NCBI GenBank assembly: GCA_001643675.2
Contig: LSRY02000018.1
Span: 930,001-994,000, forward strand
Source: Monocercomonoides exilis PA203
Taxonomy: Eukaryota > Protista > Preaxostyla
Direction: 5' to 3'
DNA: 64,000 bases
In this document: positions 45,201-60,069 of the stretch, piece after piece
How positions within the stretch are numbered: the first letter of the stretch is position 1
Layout: every line of letters starts with the position of its first letter
Program-made: the position numbers and the translations under genes
Notes under the pieces: model-generated
What the model saw: the letters and a program-made list of their open reading frames with translations, nothing else
Database searches by the model: none
Told to the model about the DNA's origin: nothing

Positions 45201-48200
45201 TTTTCCTTCTTCATTTAAAATTGTACGTTCAACAAAGTCATCTGGAACACATACTGCAAGGTTAGTTGAAATTGGAGTTCGAATACCTATTTGTTCATCC
45301 TTTTTTCTTTTAAGATCCGTTTTGCGATCAGAAGAAAAACCATTTTCATCAAACAAATTGCTTGAACGTTCGTTTTGATCGACTTCACCACCAATCAAAA
45401 TGTTTCCAGAACTTTTATCTTCAGATTCTTTTTTCATCATGTTTGTTGTTCTCATTCCATATCCATCTTTTGTTTGACACAGCGATTTGCTTCTTTGACT
45501 TTGCTTGCTGTTGCCTTGCTCATCTTTTCCTTTGACAGAAATAAGACAACTGTTGTAGATCAACTCCGCAGGCGACGGAGGAATAGCAGCTAGTCTCCGT
45601 TCTGTATTAACAATTCCTTCAGATCCAAGCATTCCCTGAACAACTTGATTACCTCCCGTGCACAAAAGGTGAATGAATGAAAGGGATGTCATCAAATATT
45701 TTAATGAAATCTGTTCTGTTGAAGATGAGAAAAGATTAATATTTTTCTTTTGCAAAAGTTTTGAAGAAATATGGCTTTCAATAAGATGCCGTAAAGGAAT
45801 TCCCATTCGAATTTCTTCTATTCTAATATTATTAAATGCAAGCCCTTGATATTCCTCATTGGAAAATAGATTACTAAGATCCTTCATTGCTGCAAGAGTG
45901 TACTTGTTACCATAATTTGAACTTTCACTCGTTTTTTGCCAATCAAATCCATGTTTTCCTCTTTCATTTCTTTCGCTATTCGTAGTACTTTCTTCATTCA
46001 TCGAAGTATTATTGTTTTTACCTCTGTCAATTGCTTTTCTGAATCTAAATCGTTCAACCTCAGCAGCAAAATGAGCAGGAAATGAGAAAATGCCAGCTTT
46101 CATAAGCTGAACGGCAACTTGGATCGTATAATTCAGTAATTTTGGAATTGGTTCATCATCTGCAGAATAATCAATTTGTCTAAGATGTTCATCAATTTGA
46201 TATTGATGAAGTGAAGATGAATTACGCTGCGTTGTTGAAGAAGAAGTTGTGGCGGGTGAGTAACCATTTGATTTTTGATTTGCGTTTGCTTGTGCACTCT
46301 GAGAATAGATGCTGGCAACTCCAAGTATCCTTTCTTCCTCCTTCATTTCAACTTCTTTCCTTCTCCAAATGTTTTTTCCTCCAATAAAACACCGAAGTGT
46401 TTCCATCGCAGCAATTGCGGTAGGCAAATGTGGAGACGAAACCTGAAGCAGCACACGCCACAGACACCCTGTCTGGAAAAGCCACATTCTTAGAGCATCC
46501 CGAGCCTCCAATTTTGGCAGAGACGACATCATAGACTTTGCAGCAACGAATATATTCAAGAGAACAGCTGATTCTTCCTCCACGATTCTGTTTGGAAGCA
46601 AAGACATGAAGCGCACAAGGCGAGTGACAGAAGAAGTTGCAACAGACTGAATGGTTAGTGATGATGGCACAGAAAGCGCAGGACAGATTGGAAGGAGGGG
46701 CAATGTCTGCGAAGCATAATGTTCCCAGCAAAGCGGTGCATAAAGAGAAAATGGATGGGAAAGCACAGTTCGTGATGTGCGCAAAATGTCGAATGTTTGA
46801 TCGTCCTCGGCACTATTGCTTTCTAGCAAATGAGTAGTTAATTGCGATTGGAGTGATACTGAATTAGAAGAAGATGAAAAAATAGAAGAAGCTATTGAAT
46901 TCTTCAAAGATTTCAACTTTTCTATTTCTATCAATGTCGAACGAGCATCATTGATGAAAATTGTTGGGTTATTTGCCAGCAAACAAACTCCTTCTTCTAT
47001 TTCAGGTGTGAACAATACAAAAGGCAAGTGAAGTACATTTTGCAGTGCAAAAGAAGAGAACTTTGTTATCAATGAAATCAGCGTTGTGGAGTCGTGTGTC
47101 AGTTCAAGCACTTGCTTCACCAAATATGGATGAAGAAGATTTGGGTGGGTAGATGGAAGTTTATTAAATGAAGATGAATCAGAAAACTTATTTGGGCTTG
47201 TTGCAATTGAAGAGGGAGTAGAAGCTGTCGATGATGAGGCTGAAACAGCTGAAAGTGGAAGACAAATTTGAGGCAATGAAACAAAATCTTCAGTTTCCAT
47301 TGCAAACAATCTTCGTGGGAAGATACGAATATCATCTTCGTATTCTTCGTCTCTGTTGCCCATTCCTCCACTAAATTTCACACTTTGAATTGGTGCTCCA
47401 TTTCCTCCGTTTGTTCCGCTATTTGCAATTCCATTTGAAGTAAATGAACCTGAGCTTTCACCAGGTGTAGTACTGATCCCTTGCAATTCTATTTCCTCAT
47501 CTTCTTCATCGGAATCTCCTCCGCGGCAGCACATCGACAAAACTCTACTTCTCTTCTTCTTCTTTTTGCGCAAAAACCTTTTCATCTCAAAATTATTCAA
47601 TCTTGTTTCTCCAACGATCCATTCCCCACTACTTCTTTCAGCATAAAAGTCACCACCCACATACGTGTCCTTCCTGTCGTATTCCTTGAGGAATGGGAAA
47701 TAAGGATTAAGAAGAGAAAGCATACGGCAAAGGAAGAGCAGACTAATGCTGATCCTTGCAGTGCTTTCTGCACACAGAACACAGAACTGAAATGCGTGAT
47801 GAATGCAACTGAGTTCATTTGTGTTGATCTCATCGTTTGCAAGCCCTTCCGATAAATAATGCATGGACAATGTTGCAATTGACGCTGTGGAAATAGGAGA
47901 GGAAGACGATGATATGACCGATGAAGAAGCAGTTGAAGAAGCTGCTTGTAAATCTTCAGGTTCTGTTTCCATCAATTGTGAATCCATCGAAGATTCCTGT
48001 TCTGAAGACGAACCTTCAATCTGTCTGGTTGAATATCCATCAAACGCATTTGATGCAATGGCAGAGGTGGAGCGTGCGCTGAGATCGGTGTACCCCTTTG
48101 CAGACTGTGAAAATGGATACAGTCCGGTTTCTGCTCCTCGCATCAGCATAGCAATCAGATTAGGACGTGAATAAAGCATACTCATTCGCTTCGTAGTGCG

Positions 48201-51200
48201 GTCGCACCATGAAAGCTGTTCTTCGTTTGTATCATTAAACAAATAGGATACAAGCTTGTCTTGACGCTCAGAGATGGCAGATGGAGGATAAATGCATTCC
48301 TCATCTTCGTCCAGCAGAGTATGGCTGAAGTATGATGCTTCTGTGGTGTTAAGCTGATAAACAAGATTATTGTCTCGCGCTTCTTCTGCTGTCATTCTTT
48401 CAACAAGAGCCACTTTCGCTTTTTCGTATCGCTTTTTTGTTTGAATTTTAATTTTAGTTGACGTAACCTTTTGAGATGAAGCACTTTGTGAAAGATGTTT
48501 CCTTTCACCAATGTATCTTCTATCTAACTCTCTCTGCAATCTATTGAATTTTTCTATTCTATCGAACTCTCTTTGCTTTCTCATTTCCAAAGTTAAGTGA
48601 AGCAAATACCGCTGTGATAGATGGTCTGCCACAAACATTCCAGAATGTCCCCAATGCGATTGCAAAGGAGGAATAAACAGCTGGCAAAGAGGAGAAAATA
48701 GAGGGAGCAAATCTCCAAACAGAAGCGATGTGAGAAGAAGGAAAGTGTATCGCAAATCTGCAGCTCTTTCTGCTCGTTGAAGAGCAATTTGTTGGGCTGA
48801 CAAAGGAGCAGCGGCTAAATTTTCTGCTTCGGACATTGGCGGAGGCGGAAGAGGAGCGAGCAATGCAGCAGAGTCGAGCTTGCGCTCCTGAATTGGATCA
48901 GGCAGTTGAACAAGCTCAGGATTAGAGTAATGCTGTTGGAGATATACAATACGACGAGAACAGCTGCCCATAGAATTCTTCTCAGAAGAGGACGTGGAAG
49001 AAGTCAAATCCACGTTTCCATTTCTGTTGCTTGCTCTGACCGATCTCAGTTGATCAATCTGATCAAATGACGGCTCAGGAACATTATCCATCTTGTACGT
49101 GCTACGATATACGTTGTCAAGCATGTGAGCTTTCCACTTTGTGTTCAACTGTAGCTCATTTTCGTTGTACTTGACCAAATGCCCGCTTCTGAACGAATGG
49201 TATGCAACAGGAATCTCTGTGGATCGATCATTAATTGCTTCTCTTCTCCATAAAAGTGATGCTTCATAGCTTCTTTCTTGCAGCTTTATCCTTTCAACTC
49301 TTTCCTTTTCACTGAGTTCGTTCAGTTTTTCCTTCAAATCGTGGCTTTGTGTAATATTTGCGAAAATGTTTATATTCGATCCTTGTGCATTCTGATTCTG
49401 CTGTTGTTGTTTGATATCTCCATTTCCCTTCTTCTTTCTTTGTCCTCCATTTGCGCCTCCAATGAAATTTCCAAGCATTGCATTGTCGTCACTATCCTCC
49501 TCTCCTCCATCAACATCCATTTTCACTTTTACCAGCTGTCGTGTATCTACATAGCACTTTCTCAGCATTGGAACAGTTGACAAGCCACACAGTTCCAACA
49601 GAGCACCAGTAACATCTTCGCAATGAGAAGCACACCAAGATGACAGAATGACAACACACGCACGCTCAGCTGGGAGAAATGAAGAGAGTCCTTCAGGCAT
49701 CACATTGGTTGAAGATGATGCAGAAGAAGCTGAAGAGTTTAATGTGGATGAAATTGTAATAGAAAGAAGAGAAGAAATAGAAGACAAAAGAGGGCGGGGA
49801 AGTTCGTGCGAGTGATTCACAAGAAGAGAGGCAAGCTGTGTAAATGGAGCGAAATGACGAAGGATAGAAGTAATTTGGTGGGAAAATGAGTATGAAAGAG
49901 AAGCAGAAGACGAGGAAGAGGAAGAGGAAGAGGAAGAAGACGAAGTGATAGGATTGTAAAGATTGATTGAATTTGCTTGATTTCCACTGCTTCTGCAGAG
50001 AGCAGTCAAAAATGAAACAACAGAGACAGTTTCAGAAAGAAGATTTTCGGTGTGTTTGAGAAGTTTGCTTAGAAGAAATACAATTTCTGCCAAAATCAAT
50101 CTCCTCTGCTGCGTTTCTGGATGAATAGCAGATGAGCTATTCATGTTTCCAGAAGAAGCAGAGGAAGTAGAAGAAGAAATGATTTCTCTGATTCTTTCAG
50201 GCATAGAAGACAGTTCTTGCGAAACAACAGTATCATACAAAATATCGTTGATTGTCAAATCCACACAAACAGGCAAGATTGTTCTGGATGAGCTCGCAGA
50301 ACTGGATGATTTCAATTCAGGGAAGTAATTTGACAGAAATGCATTCAGCATGTCAAAATCTGCAATTATACTCCTTGCGAGATTGGTGGCTGCAAGAGGC
50401 AACGCAAAGAAACTATCTTCAACGATTGATGAATTCAAAGCAGAAGAGGAAGTGGATGATGGTAAAAAGAATGAACGTAACCTCGGGGGTGCAATGTTTA
50501 CCATTCCTTTATTGTTAATATTCTCTTCATAAAACGAAATAGAGTCTTGCTTCATCCCGTTTCTTTCATGCGAGCCATCCTTCGGATTCAGACTTTGCAG
50601 ATCTGGAATGGAAATATCAGGTGCAGTAAATTGCTTCGAAGAAGGTGATTTTCTGTTGGAAGGTGCAGCAAAAGAGATCGATTTCACACCCTTTTGAGAA
50701 GTTGTTGATGAAGAAGAAATCTCGTTTTTGTTCAATTCCACATCTTTCCCATGCATTCTCTTTTTAAATGCACTCACTAGCAACCACAACCTCTCTAACA
50801 GATCGTCTGCCATTTCCTCCTCAAACTGCAGCGACAGAAACGAAGCAGGGCGGACAATGCTGTTCAGAATGATCTGCTGATTGCGGCGAATGGGCTCTGC
50901 AAGTGAAGTGAGGCAGCTGGCATTGGGGCTTCCACAGGCAGAAGAGAAGATCTCGAGAAAGAGAGAAAGAGAGAGAAATGGTGGATCTCTTAGAGGAAGA
51001 AAAGTGTGCTGGATGACTTCTGAAAAGGCGGATGATGACATGTCTGATGAAAGTGATGAATGAGTTGAATGAGAATTCGGCTCTTTTGATGGAAGCAATT
51101 GAATACGAGCAAGCTGAGTAAATGCATCTGACTCTGTTTGATTCTCTTCGTTCTCTTTCTCACCCTTCAGCAAGCCCACAACATTTTGCCTGCCTTTCTC

Positions 51201-54200
51201 TCTCTTTCTCCTCAGTTCCACTCTTCCCGCTATCTCTTTTTCTCTTCCCTTTGCTGTTGCCATTGAAAGGTTTGATATTGTCTTCATCTGATCGATGCTA
51301 AGTGCAATGCGGAAGTCTGCGCAGTTGAGCAGAGAAAGCAGCAGCAAAGCGGCAGGGATTGATCCAGCCGACACATCAGAGAAGATTAGCGGGAGAAGCG
51401 GCAGAAAGATGAGAGGGAAGGAGATTTCGTTGATCTTGTTGTGCGCAAGCGCAAAGACGGCGATGAGGAGGAAGAGAAGAGCAAACACGTGTCTGTTGCG
51501 GAAGATGTGCGGTAGCTGAGTCAAAAGATCGAACAATAGCTGCGGCACATCGAGAAGTGAGCAGATATGGAGAATGTGCTCAGATGGAAGCGTCAACGAC
51601 GAAGTTGTCGAAAACGTGGTTATTTGGTTGCCTGACACAAATTCTGTTTTCCCTTCCTTTTCAATCTTTTGCTCTGCCAGTTTTTCGTTTTCCTCCTCTT
51701 TCAAAACAGCATCCAGCGAAAAAGTCGAAAAACGGGAGCTTCGAATAGCACTGTCTTCTCTCGAATGCGCTAACACAGAAACACGAGGAAGCAGAATGGA
51801 ATACACTGCGTCTGTCAGCTGGTCAATACGTTCCTTTGCCATTGCTTGTGAGCTGGCAGCGCTGTGGAGGTAGAAGGAAAGATAGTCAGACACATCAGCT
51901 GATTCTTCATCTGATGAAGAGGAAGAATGTGAATGTGCATTGATAGAGAAAGAAGAAGAAGAAATGCTCTTCTTCTCATTCTTTTCTTTATTTCCTTTGC
52001 CATCTGCATCTGAATGTGCTCTAATTCTTCTAAATCTGACTGGATTTTCCACCCTCACAACTTCACATAAGTCGCACATCCGCAGCAGCAACAGCGTTTC
52101 CATCAGCCGATTCTCATTTGTCGGTGGGCGAAGCATCAGCTCCCTCAAAAACTTGACTGTCTGCTTCATCAAATCGTGTTTGGAGCACTGCATATCCTCA
52201 ACAGATTCAATGTCCTCCGTTTCATCGGCTTGATTGTTATCTTTTCTCTCTTTTAATTTTCCTTTTCCTCTTTCTCCAAGTGCAATTCCTTCTTCCTCTT
52301 CCTCCTCGCTTTCCTCTTCTTCAAATTCTTCTTCCCCTCCTCCTTCCTCAGCTGATGCTTGATACCTCATCGTCATCACACCCAGCGATGCTGCAGCATT
52401 CAGCGAGGAGACAAAGAACTGAAGCCTCTTCCTGTTCAGGCCTTCGTGTGAAGGAGACAAGAAAGTGAAGTTGTTGAGCGAATGAGAAAGGAAAGGAGAG
52501 ATGTGGACAGCGTTGTTAAACACAGGAAGCGGAGGAATGAGAGAGTTGTAGTCGGATTGGTATAGCTGGTGGATCAGAAGCGGCTGAAGTGCAGAATGTT
52601 TGCGTTTTGGTGCAATGGAAACAGAAGTGAAACCAGAAAATGGATCGGATTTTTTGTTCATCCGTTTCATTTGAGTGTTGCTGCTTGAAAATGATTGTGA
52701 ATTGATTCCATTGTTTGCTACATTCCCCATTTCTTCTTCCTCCTCTTCCTCTTCTCTGACTTGCTCTTCCTCTTCCTTCCTCTTCCTCAGCTTCCACAGT
52801 CTGTCAGCAAACATCCACCAGATGCGCTTCATCTGTTTGATCTGGTTTGTTGCCTGTCCCATCAGCAGAAGCGTCGCCAGCAAGATTTGCGCTCCTTCAA
52901 ACTGGAACTTCAGCATTGGCTGCCTCTTCATTCTGTCGGAAATCAGAGAGAGTGAGTTTTTCTCTTTCGTCACAGCTGCCTCTTCCACTTCGCGATAATG
53001 AAGCAATTCGGAGACGGTGAGGCGAGATTGATTGGGTTGGGCAAGTTGTGCGGATGATGAAGAGGAGGAGGAGGAAGAAGAAGAAGATGATGATGATGTA
53101 TTTGAAGATTGTGATGATTGCGTTGATAAATTAGATGAAGAATTTGAATTGGATGAATAAGAAGAAGAAGAAGAAGAAGAAGCATCATGTGAATTGTTAC
53201 TCCTGCGGTTGGACATCCCATCCAGTTCCTTCAGTCTTCTCTGCAGCAGCCTTCCTTCTTCAGTCACTGGAAGCAAAGGCATGTTCTCCTTCTTGTTGCT
53301 ATCCAAACCAGAATACGGCTCATCCAGCAGAGGGGCGAGGATTAACAGCATCGAAATGCCACTTCGAATGTCGCATTCTTCGTAGTCGAAGGAAATGTGG
53401 TTGGAGAGCAGGAGAACGATAAGTGAGTGGATGATTTCCTTCAAAAGGGGAAGACGAGACGGGTCAGATGTCAGCCAATGTGCTGTTTGGCGAGCAGACT
53501 CGAAGGAGAAGGAGAAGGAGAGGTGGTCAGAGACTGATATGGTGGAGGAGGATGAAGAGGAAGAGGAAGAGGAGGAAGAAGATAATGATGATGTCGATGA
53601 AGTGTTTGCATTAGTTCCAATTGAAGAAGAAGAAGAAGAAGCAACAGTAGCTGAAGCAGAAGAATTATTTACAGCAGGCAAACTGGCATAACTTCCCTTG
53701 TTGTATTCCTCAAACGAGTCTTCGAATTCACCTCGAACACCCAAAAAGGAAGGAAGCGAACTTGAAATGAACGAGGAAGCATTTGCAGGTGCTTTGTAGA
53801 CAGAGCAGAAAGGAGGTGCAATTTCAGACACAAATTTCCTGGTTTTGTGCGTGACGAAAGCGAAGACGCGGTTTTGGGCAGTGAACAGAACAGAAGCACG
53901 CTCATTGAGAGAAGAATCAGAGGAGTATTGGTTATAATCAGAGAGGAGGAAATGAGAAGTTGAATGGGATTCTGTTGGGAGTGAAGAAGAGGATGATGAT
54001 GATGATGATGGAGGAGGAAGAGGAGGAGAAGGATGAGGCGGCGGCGGAGGAGGAGATCGACGCTTACGCCAACGTCGAGACGAAGGAGGTGGTGGCGGAG
54101 GAGGCGGAAGAAGACCCCTCTTTCCGCTCATTTTTTTGCCTGCCATTTTCAATTCCTGCTGTGTGAGCATCGCTGTAATCTGGTTTTTCTGCTGTTCTAT

Positions 54201-57200
54201 CGAATTCTGCCTCATCAGCCTTTGTTGCTGAAGTTGCGTGTTCGACAAGTCCAAAACAGGACACGCCAGACGAGCCATGAATCCTCTTATCCACCCGATT
54301 AGCACATTCATCACAGCCAAATCGATGTCCTTCTGAAGGATTTCATATGGAACTTCTTCTTCCTCTTCTTCTCCTTCTTTTTCTCCTTCTCCTTCGTTTA
54401 TGCTTGACAGTTGCATCAAGGGGGGAAGTGGAAGCAATCCAGTTGTGCTTTGGTTATTCCACTGATCATCAATATCAACTTTGATAAACTGCTCATTCTT
54501 CAATTTTCCTTCTCTTCTCTTCATCTCCTTCTCTCTTTCTCTTTCTCTCCTTCTCATCTCGCTTGCTCTGAACACATTGGCCATCCTCCATTTTGCCAGG
54601 GAAGTGTTTGGGCTGAGGATGAACGTGTGTCTGAGAAGCGACAAAGCAGCTGTTCTGACAGCAACTGGGATGAATGAAGAGCGGACGAGGCAAAGCAAAC
54701 AGGAAGGAGGGAAAAGTTTTCTGACTTGTGAAATGTTTGATGTGTGCTGGCCGATGCACAAGTCACGCAGGAGGAATAGAGAGAGGATGAAGTACTCGGG
54801 AAGAAGGGAGAGGAGGAGAGACTGGTGGGAAGATTCGAAGGTGAGGAGGGGGTCAGGGGATGGGGAAGATGAGGAAGATGAGGGAGATGAAGGAGAAGAT
54901 AATGAAGATGAAGACAAAGGAGAAGAAGAAGGTGATGGTGAAAAAGAGGAAGAAAAAGATGATGATGATGCATTTGGAGGAAGAGGAGTGGGAAGCGAAG
55001 GAGAAGGGTTGATGCCACACAACGTGAGTAAGTTAACTTCTCCAGCGATGCAAGAGATAGTCATTTTGCAGTGTGGAACAGTTGTATTGGAAGAAGAAGA
55101 AGATGATGACGACGAAGCATAAGGAGCATCTGAATATGAAGAATATGAGGAAGAAGAAAAAGAAGAAGCAATCTTTGGATTGTAGCAGCCATAGCGCATA
55201 TTCGCCTCTTCGTCAACCAGAGGAAAATAATATGGATCGTTTTGGATGTCTTCTTTGTTTGTGGTGATTATACACGATGAGACAGAACACAACATTCGAG
55301 AAAAGGAAAGAAGAGAAGTTTGCATCGATGCTTTGACAGCAGCTAGGCGAGTTTTTGTCCAAGTTGAAGAAGAAGAAGAAGAAGAATTCATCTTTTGTGC
55401 AGAAGAAGAAGAAGAAGACTTTGTAAATAAATTCAATCGAACTGCTTTTCTCTTCTTTTCTTCTTCCATTTTTTTCTCCTCTTCCTCCTTCTGCTTCTTC
55501 CTCAGTGCATTGATCAGCTGTATTGCATTCACCTTCGATCTTTTCCTCTTCCCTTCCTCTGCTTGCTTCTCCCTCACCGACCTCAGCATCATCTTCGCTA
55601 TTCGCGTGGCTGTTTCTTCTTTCTGCCCAAACAAAAGTACACCAATCATTGTCTGATTGCGTGCAATGGCATCATTCACACAGAGAGAAGAGGCAACGAG
55701 AGAGGAAAGAGGAGTGATTTGAGAAGGCGGAGGCTGCAATGAATGGAATGAATGAACACGAGTTTGGCTATCTTCGTCTTCGAGAAGAGAAAGAGGAGAG
55801 GCGGAGGAAAGAGAGGATAAAGAGAGGGAAGAAGAGGCAGAAGGAGAAAAAGTCGATGGAGGAGCTGAAGAAGATGATGAAGATGAAGAGGAGGAAGAAG
55901 AAGATGATGATGACGTGGAAGAAGAAGAAGAAGAAGATAAATTTTGATTTCCACCCAATTTCCCATTCCCATTCACACTTTGCTCAATAACCTCTTCCTC
56001 TCCTCCTCCACTTCCTCCTCCTCCTCCTCCTCCTCCTCCCAATCGCTTCCTCGCCCTCTTCTTCGCCATCTCCACAGCCTCTGCTCCTTCATTCATCAGT
56101 CTGAACAGCTTCTCCCCTGTCTTCGCACACGACTCGTCTTCAGGTGCCAGCGCTGTCTGCTGCATGCGCAGGTCGCTCATTGAAGCGATGCTGCCATTGG
56201 AATGGTGGGTGACAAGAGGAGGGGTCGCCAGCTGGGAAGAAGAGAAGATGGCAGAGAGGAGAGAAGGGGTGTGGCACAGGGAAGAAAGAAAGCGGAGGGT
56301 GCGGATGAGGTTGAGGAGCACACTGGCTGACTCGCTTGCTGTCATCGAGGCAATGCGGAGGGAAGGGATGACAGAGACACACGCCACGGAGTCTGAAGAG
56401 GCTGAAGAGGAGTTTGGTTGGACGATGGTTTTGATGGTGGTTGGAGAAGAAGAGGAAGAGAATGATGATGATGATGATGATGATGGAAGAGTTTTCTGTT
56501 GCTGTGGTTTTGTTGATGAAAATGGAGACTTAGCCAATGAAGATGACATCTGTTTTGGAGCAAATGGTGTTTGCTTCATTCCAACAGTAGATGATGTTGC
56601 TGCTGCTTTTGTTGTTGATGATGATGATTTCTGTTGAAATGCAACATTTGTAAGATTATTTGACTTTTCTTCATCTTCTCCTCCTTCTCTTGCCTGTGAA
56701 ATCTGTGTAATTTTCACATTCTCCTCTTCTTCATTTGCACCTTCCAAACTCATTTTCATCTGTTTGTTCTGTTTTTGCATCACTTTTTCCAAAGAAAACG
56801 GTTTGTTTGCGTTGAAAAGCAGAAAAACAAGTGGAGTTGACGGGATGTTCTCGGCAACAGTCTGATTGGTGGCAAAGAGACAGGTGAAGAGCGCAAGAGA
56901 AGCAGAAGGGTCGATGAAATGGATGTGGAGGAGCACAGAAAGAACTGGAATCTTCTTCAGAACAGGAACAGTTAAGCGAGTAGGGGTGATGTTTTGGTTG
57001 GTTTTGTTGTTATTTGCACTGTCATTATCAACATCAGCATCAAGTTCTTCTTTCTCTCCTTCTTCCTTTTCTCTTTCTCCTCCCTCTTTTCCTCCATCCT
57101 CCTTCAAGTTGCTCAGCAGCAGCTGGAATGTCTCCAGCGAATGAGGAGGTATGTTGACACACGAAGACACCACCGCCTTTGTCAGCTTGCTGTTTCCGAT

Positions 57201-60035
57201 GCACAAAATACACAGCATCATCAAAACTAAATGGACAGTCGAGCGAATCGTGCTAGTTGCCTGCAGAAGCTGCTTGGGGCTGCAGCGGACCGAAAAGAGA
57301 GGATGAGACAAGGAAAACGACGGGTTGAATGGAAAAGAAGATGGATCATTAATTTGTTCTGATCCAAAGTGAGTGTTTGCTTCTTCTCCTTCTTCTCCTT
57401 TAACATTTACTCCATTTAAATATTTCCCGCTCCCCAACATCCCATTCCTATATCTCCTTCTTCCTCCTTCCTCTCCTTCCCTCTCCCCTTGCCCCGGAAT
57501 CTCATACCCTTCCTCCAGTTCCATCTCCTCCTCCATCGCACACCCTCCATTCAGAATGTTCCATCCAACACACAAATGTGCCAATGTCTTCACGCACAAC
57601 ATCAGAACACCCACATCTGCCAGCGTCTCCTGCAGCCACAGTATTCGCTCGCCACTGGCTGAGCAGAAGGAAACAAGCTCAAACAGAAAATTCTGTGAAT
57701 TCGGGTCAAAATCGGGTGAGATGACAGAAATGAGAGAGGAGATGATGCCTGTGACTGTGTGGCAGAGAGAGAGAAGAGGGCGGAGTGGGAAAGGAGAAGG
57801 AACTGGGGGATGAAGTGGTTGTGGTGGTTGTTGGGATGATGTGGAAGGGGAAATCGAAGAGGAAGAGGAAGAAGAGGATGAAGATGATGATGATAACAAA
57901 TCTCCATTCGTTCTTCCATTCGTCATATTCTTCTTCTTCTTCTTCTCTTCCTCCTTCCCTCTCAAATACGCATTCATTCTTCCCTGATGTTCGTTCGCCA
58001 TCTGCTGCAGCAGTGCCTCATACATCCACAGCGAAATCGCCAAGTTCTTCGCCTTCTGAACAGTCTCACAGAGAAGCAGGGAGCTCAGAGGATGAGCTAA
58101 TTTCGCAGTCCAAGCGTCATTGTCATCAAGTGAAGGCGCCAAATGCACAAATGCTGCCGAAAGCAAAAAAGAGGAGAATTCTGTGCGGAAGAAGAAAGTT
58201 TGGCTGGGGTTGTATGTGGAGACGAGGGACTGGAGTGTTTTGGAGTGGCAGATTTGGAAGGAAGAGAGACGATGTTGGAGGAAATTGCGAGTGAAGGTGC
58301 GGTGCTGGAGAGAGAAAGAAGGGGAGAAGGAGGAAGAGAAGGAGGAAGAGGAGAAGGAAGGGTTGTTGAATGGAGAAGAAGGAAAAGAAGAAGAAGAAGG
58401 CATAATTGAAGATGGAGTTGTTGTTGATGACGACGAAGGCAATGTTTGAGCCATTCCATCTGAATGTGATTGGATATTCGACTTGGCAACTGCCCTTTTG
58501 AAACGCGAAGAAACTGCTGTGTCTTTCTCGTTCTTCTGCTTCGATAGCAAACTTCTTCTTTTTTGGTTCAATTTTCCTTTTCCTTCTTTTCCTTCTCCTC
58601 TTTTCTTCTCCTTTTCTTCCTCGTATTCTTCCTCGTCTTCCTCGTCTTCCATCAGCTCCTCCAAATAATCCCCCACGTTTTCATCCTCTTCCTCCCCTTC
58701 TTTCTCTCCACTCCCAAAAAAACCTCTCTTCCACCTCAGCCTCTTCATCCCAAACAAACTTTCTTCCCCATTCTTCTTCCCTCCTGTTGTGCTTCCATTG
58801 CTTATTGATCCAATAGATCCATTTGAGCTGTTCGAACTGTTTCCCATTGAAAACGATGTGTTTGCCGTTGAAATGTTCGCCTCCATCCCAACTTTCATTC
58901 CGGTCTGCTGGAGTGTCATGCCAGACGCCACGTGGCAGAGCATAGAGGCCGAATGGAGAGGAATGGGCTGTGAGTCAGAGAGAGAGGAAGAGGAAGAGGA
59001 GGAGGATGAGGAAGAAGAGGAAGAAGAAGATGATGATGATGAAATGTCTCCTGATTGAAGAGGGCGGAAACGCCAGAGGAACCAGGAGCTGTCGAATGGG
59101 ATGGATGAAGAAGAAGACGAAGAAGAAAATGATGATGAAGCCGATGATGAAGATGAAGGTAAAGGCATCAGACGCACTCTGTAAATAACATTGCGATTCT
59201 TCTCTAAATAACTCTCCTTTTCTTTTCCTTCTTTCTCTTTCTCTTTCTCTTTCATTTTATCTCCTTCTTCTCTTTCTCTTTCCTCTCCTTCCTTTTCTTC
59301 CTTTTCTTCCTCCTTCTTTCTCTCTCCTTTTTTTTTCCTTCCATTAGCCCATTCATCCAAATAACAGGGAACAACTGTCAAATACAAGCCAGTTGCAAAA
59401 TGTCTAATGAAAAATGAGTCCCCCCACAGCATCATCCCAGCAGAGCGGGTGAAGTGGTTGAGAAGGGTGGAAAATGGGGTGGAGCCAGAGAAGGAGGAAG
59501 GAGAAGAGGAAGAAGAAGAAATAGAAGAAGAAGATGATGATGATGTTGATGTTGACGCTGATTGCAATGAAAGTGAAGTGATTTCAGTGTTATTTGAAGA
59601 AGCTGATCTGAATTCCTTGCCTCCTTCACAAACTCCTTTGAATTGTGGCTCAATCATCCAATATTCCCCCACACTTTCTCTTTTCATCCTTCCAGAAACA
59701 ATTTTTCTGCCGGCAAAATTTGAATAATTACCATAACTGTTATTATTATTATTTTCCTGTGTAAATGCAGCCAGAGGTCTCAAAAAGGGAATAGACGAGT
59801 GGGAGGCAGTGACTAAGCGGGGGTCGTCAGAAGACAGAAGAGGTGACGAATTTGAGGCTAATTTGCGGCTGAGGATGGAGCCTTGCCCCAAAACACGCAT
59901 AAAACGGAGGAGAAGAATCATCCGGCGCACCTGCTGGGAGAAGAGGGACCGGCGGACTGGAAATGTGAGAGAGAGAAAGAGAGAAAGAGAGAAATAGAGA
60001 GAGTGAGTGAGTGAGTGAGAGTGAGAGTGTGAGAG

Positions 60036-60069
<34 letters not shown>

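Noticed and set aside
47863-59727. Numerous Glu/Asp-rich or Leu-rich short ORFs overlapping the channel gene
   Set aside because: Antisense or alternative-frame readings of poly-Ser trinucleotide repeats within the IP3R-like exon.
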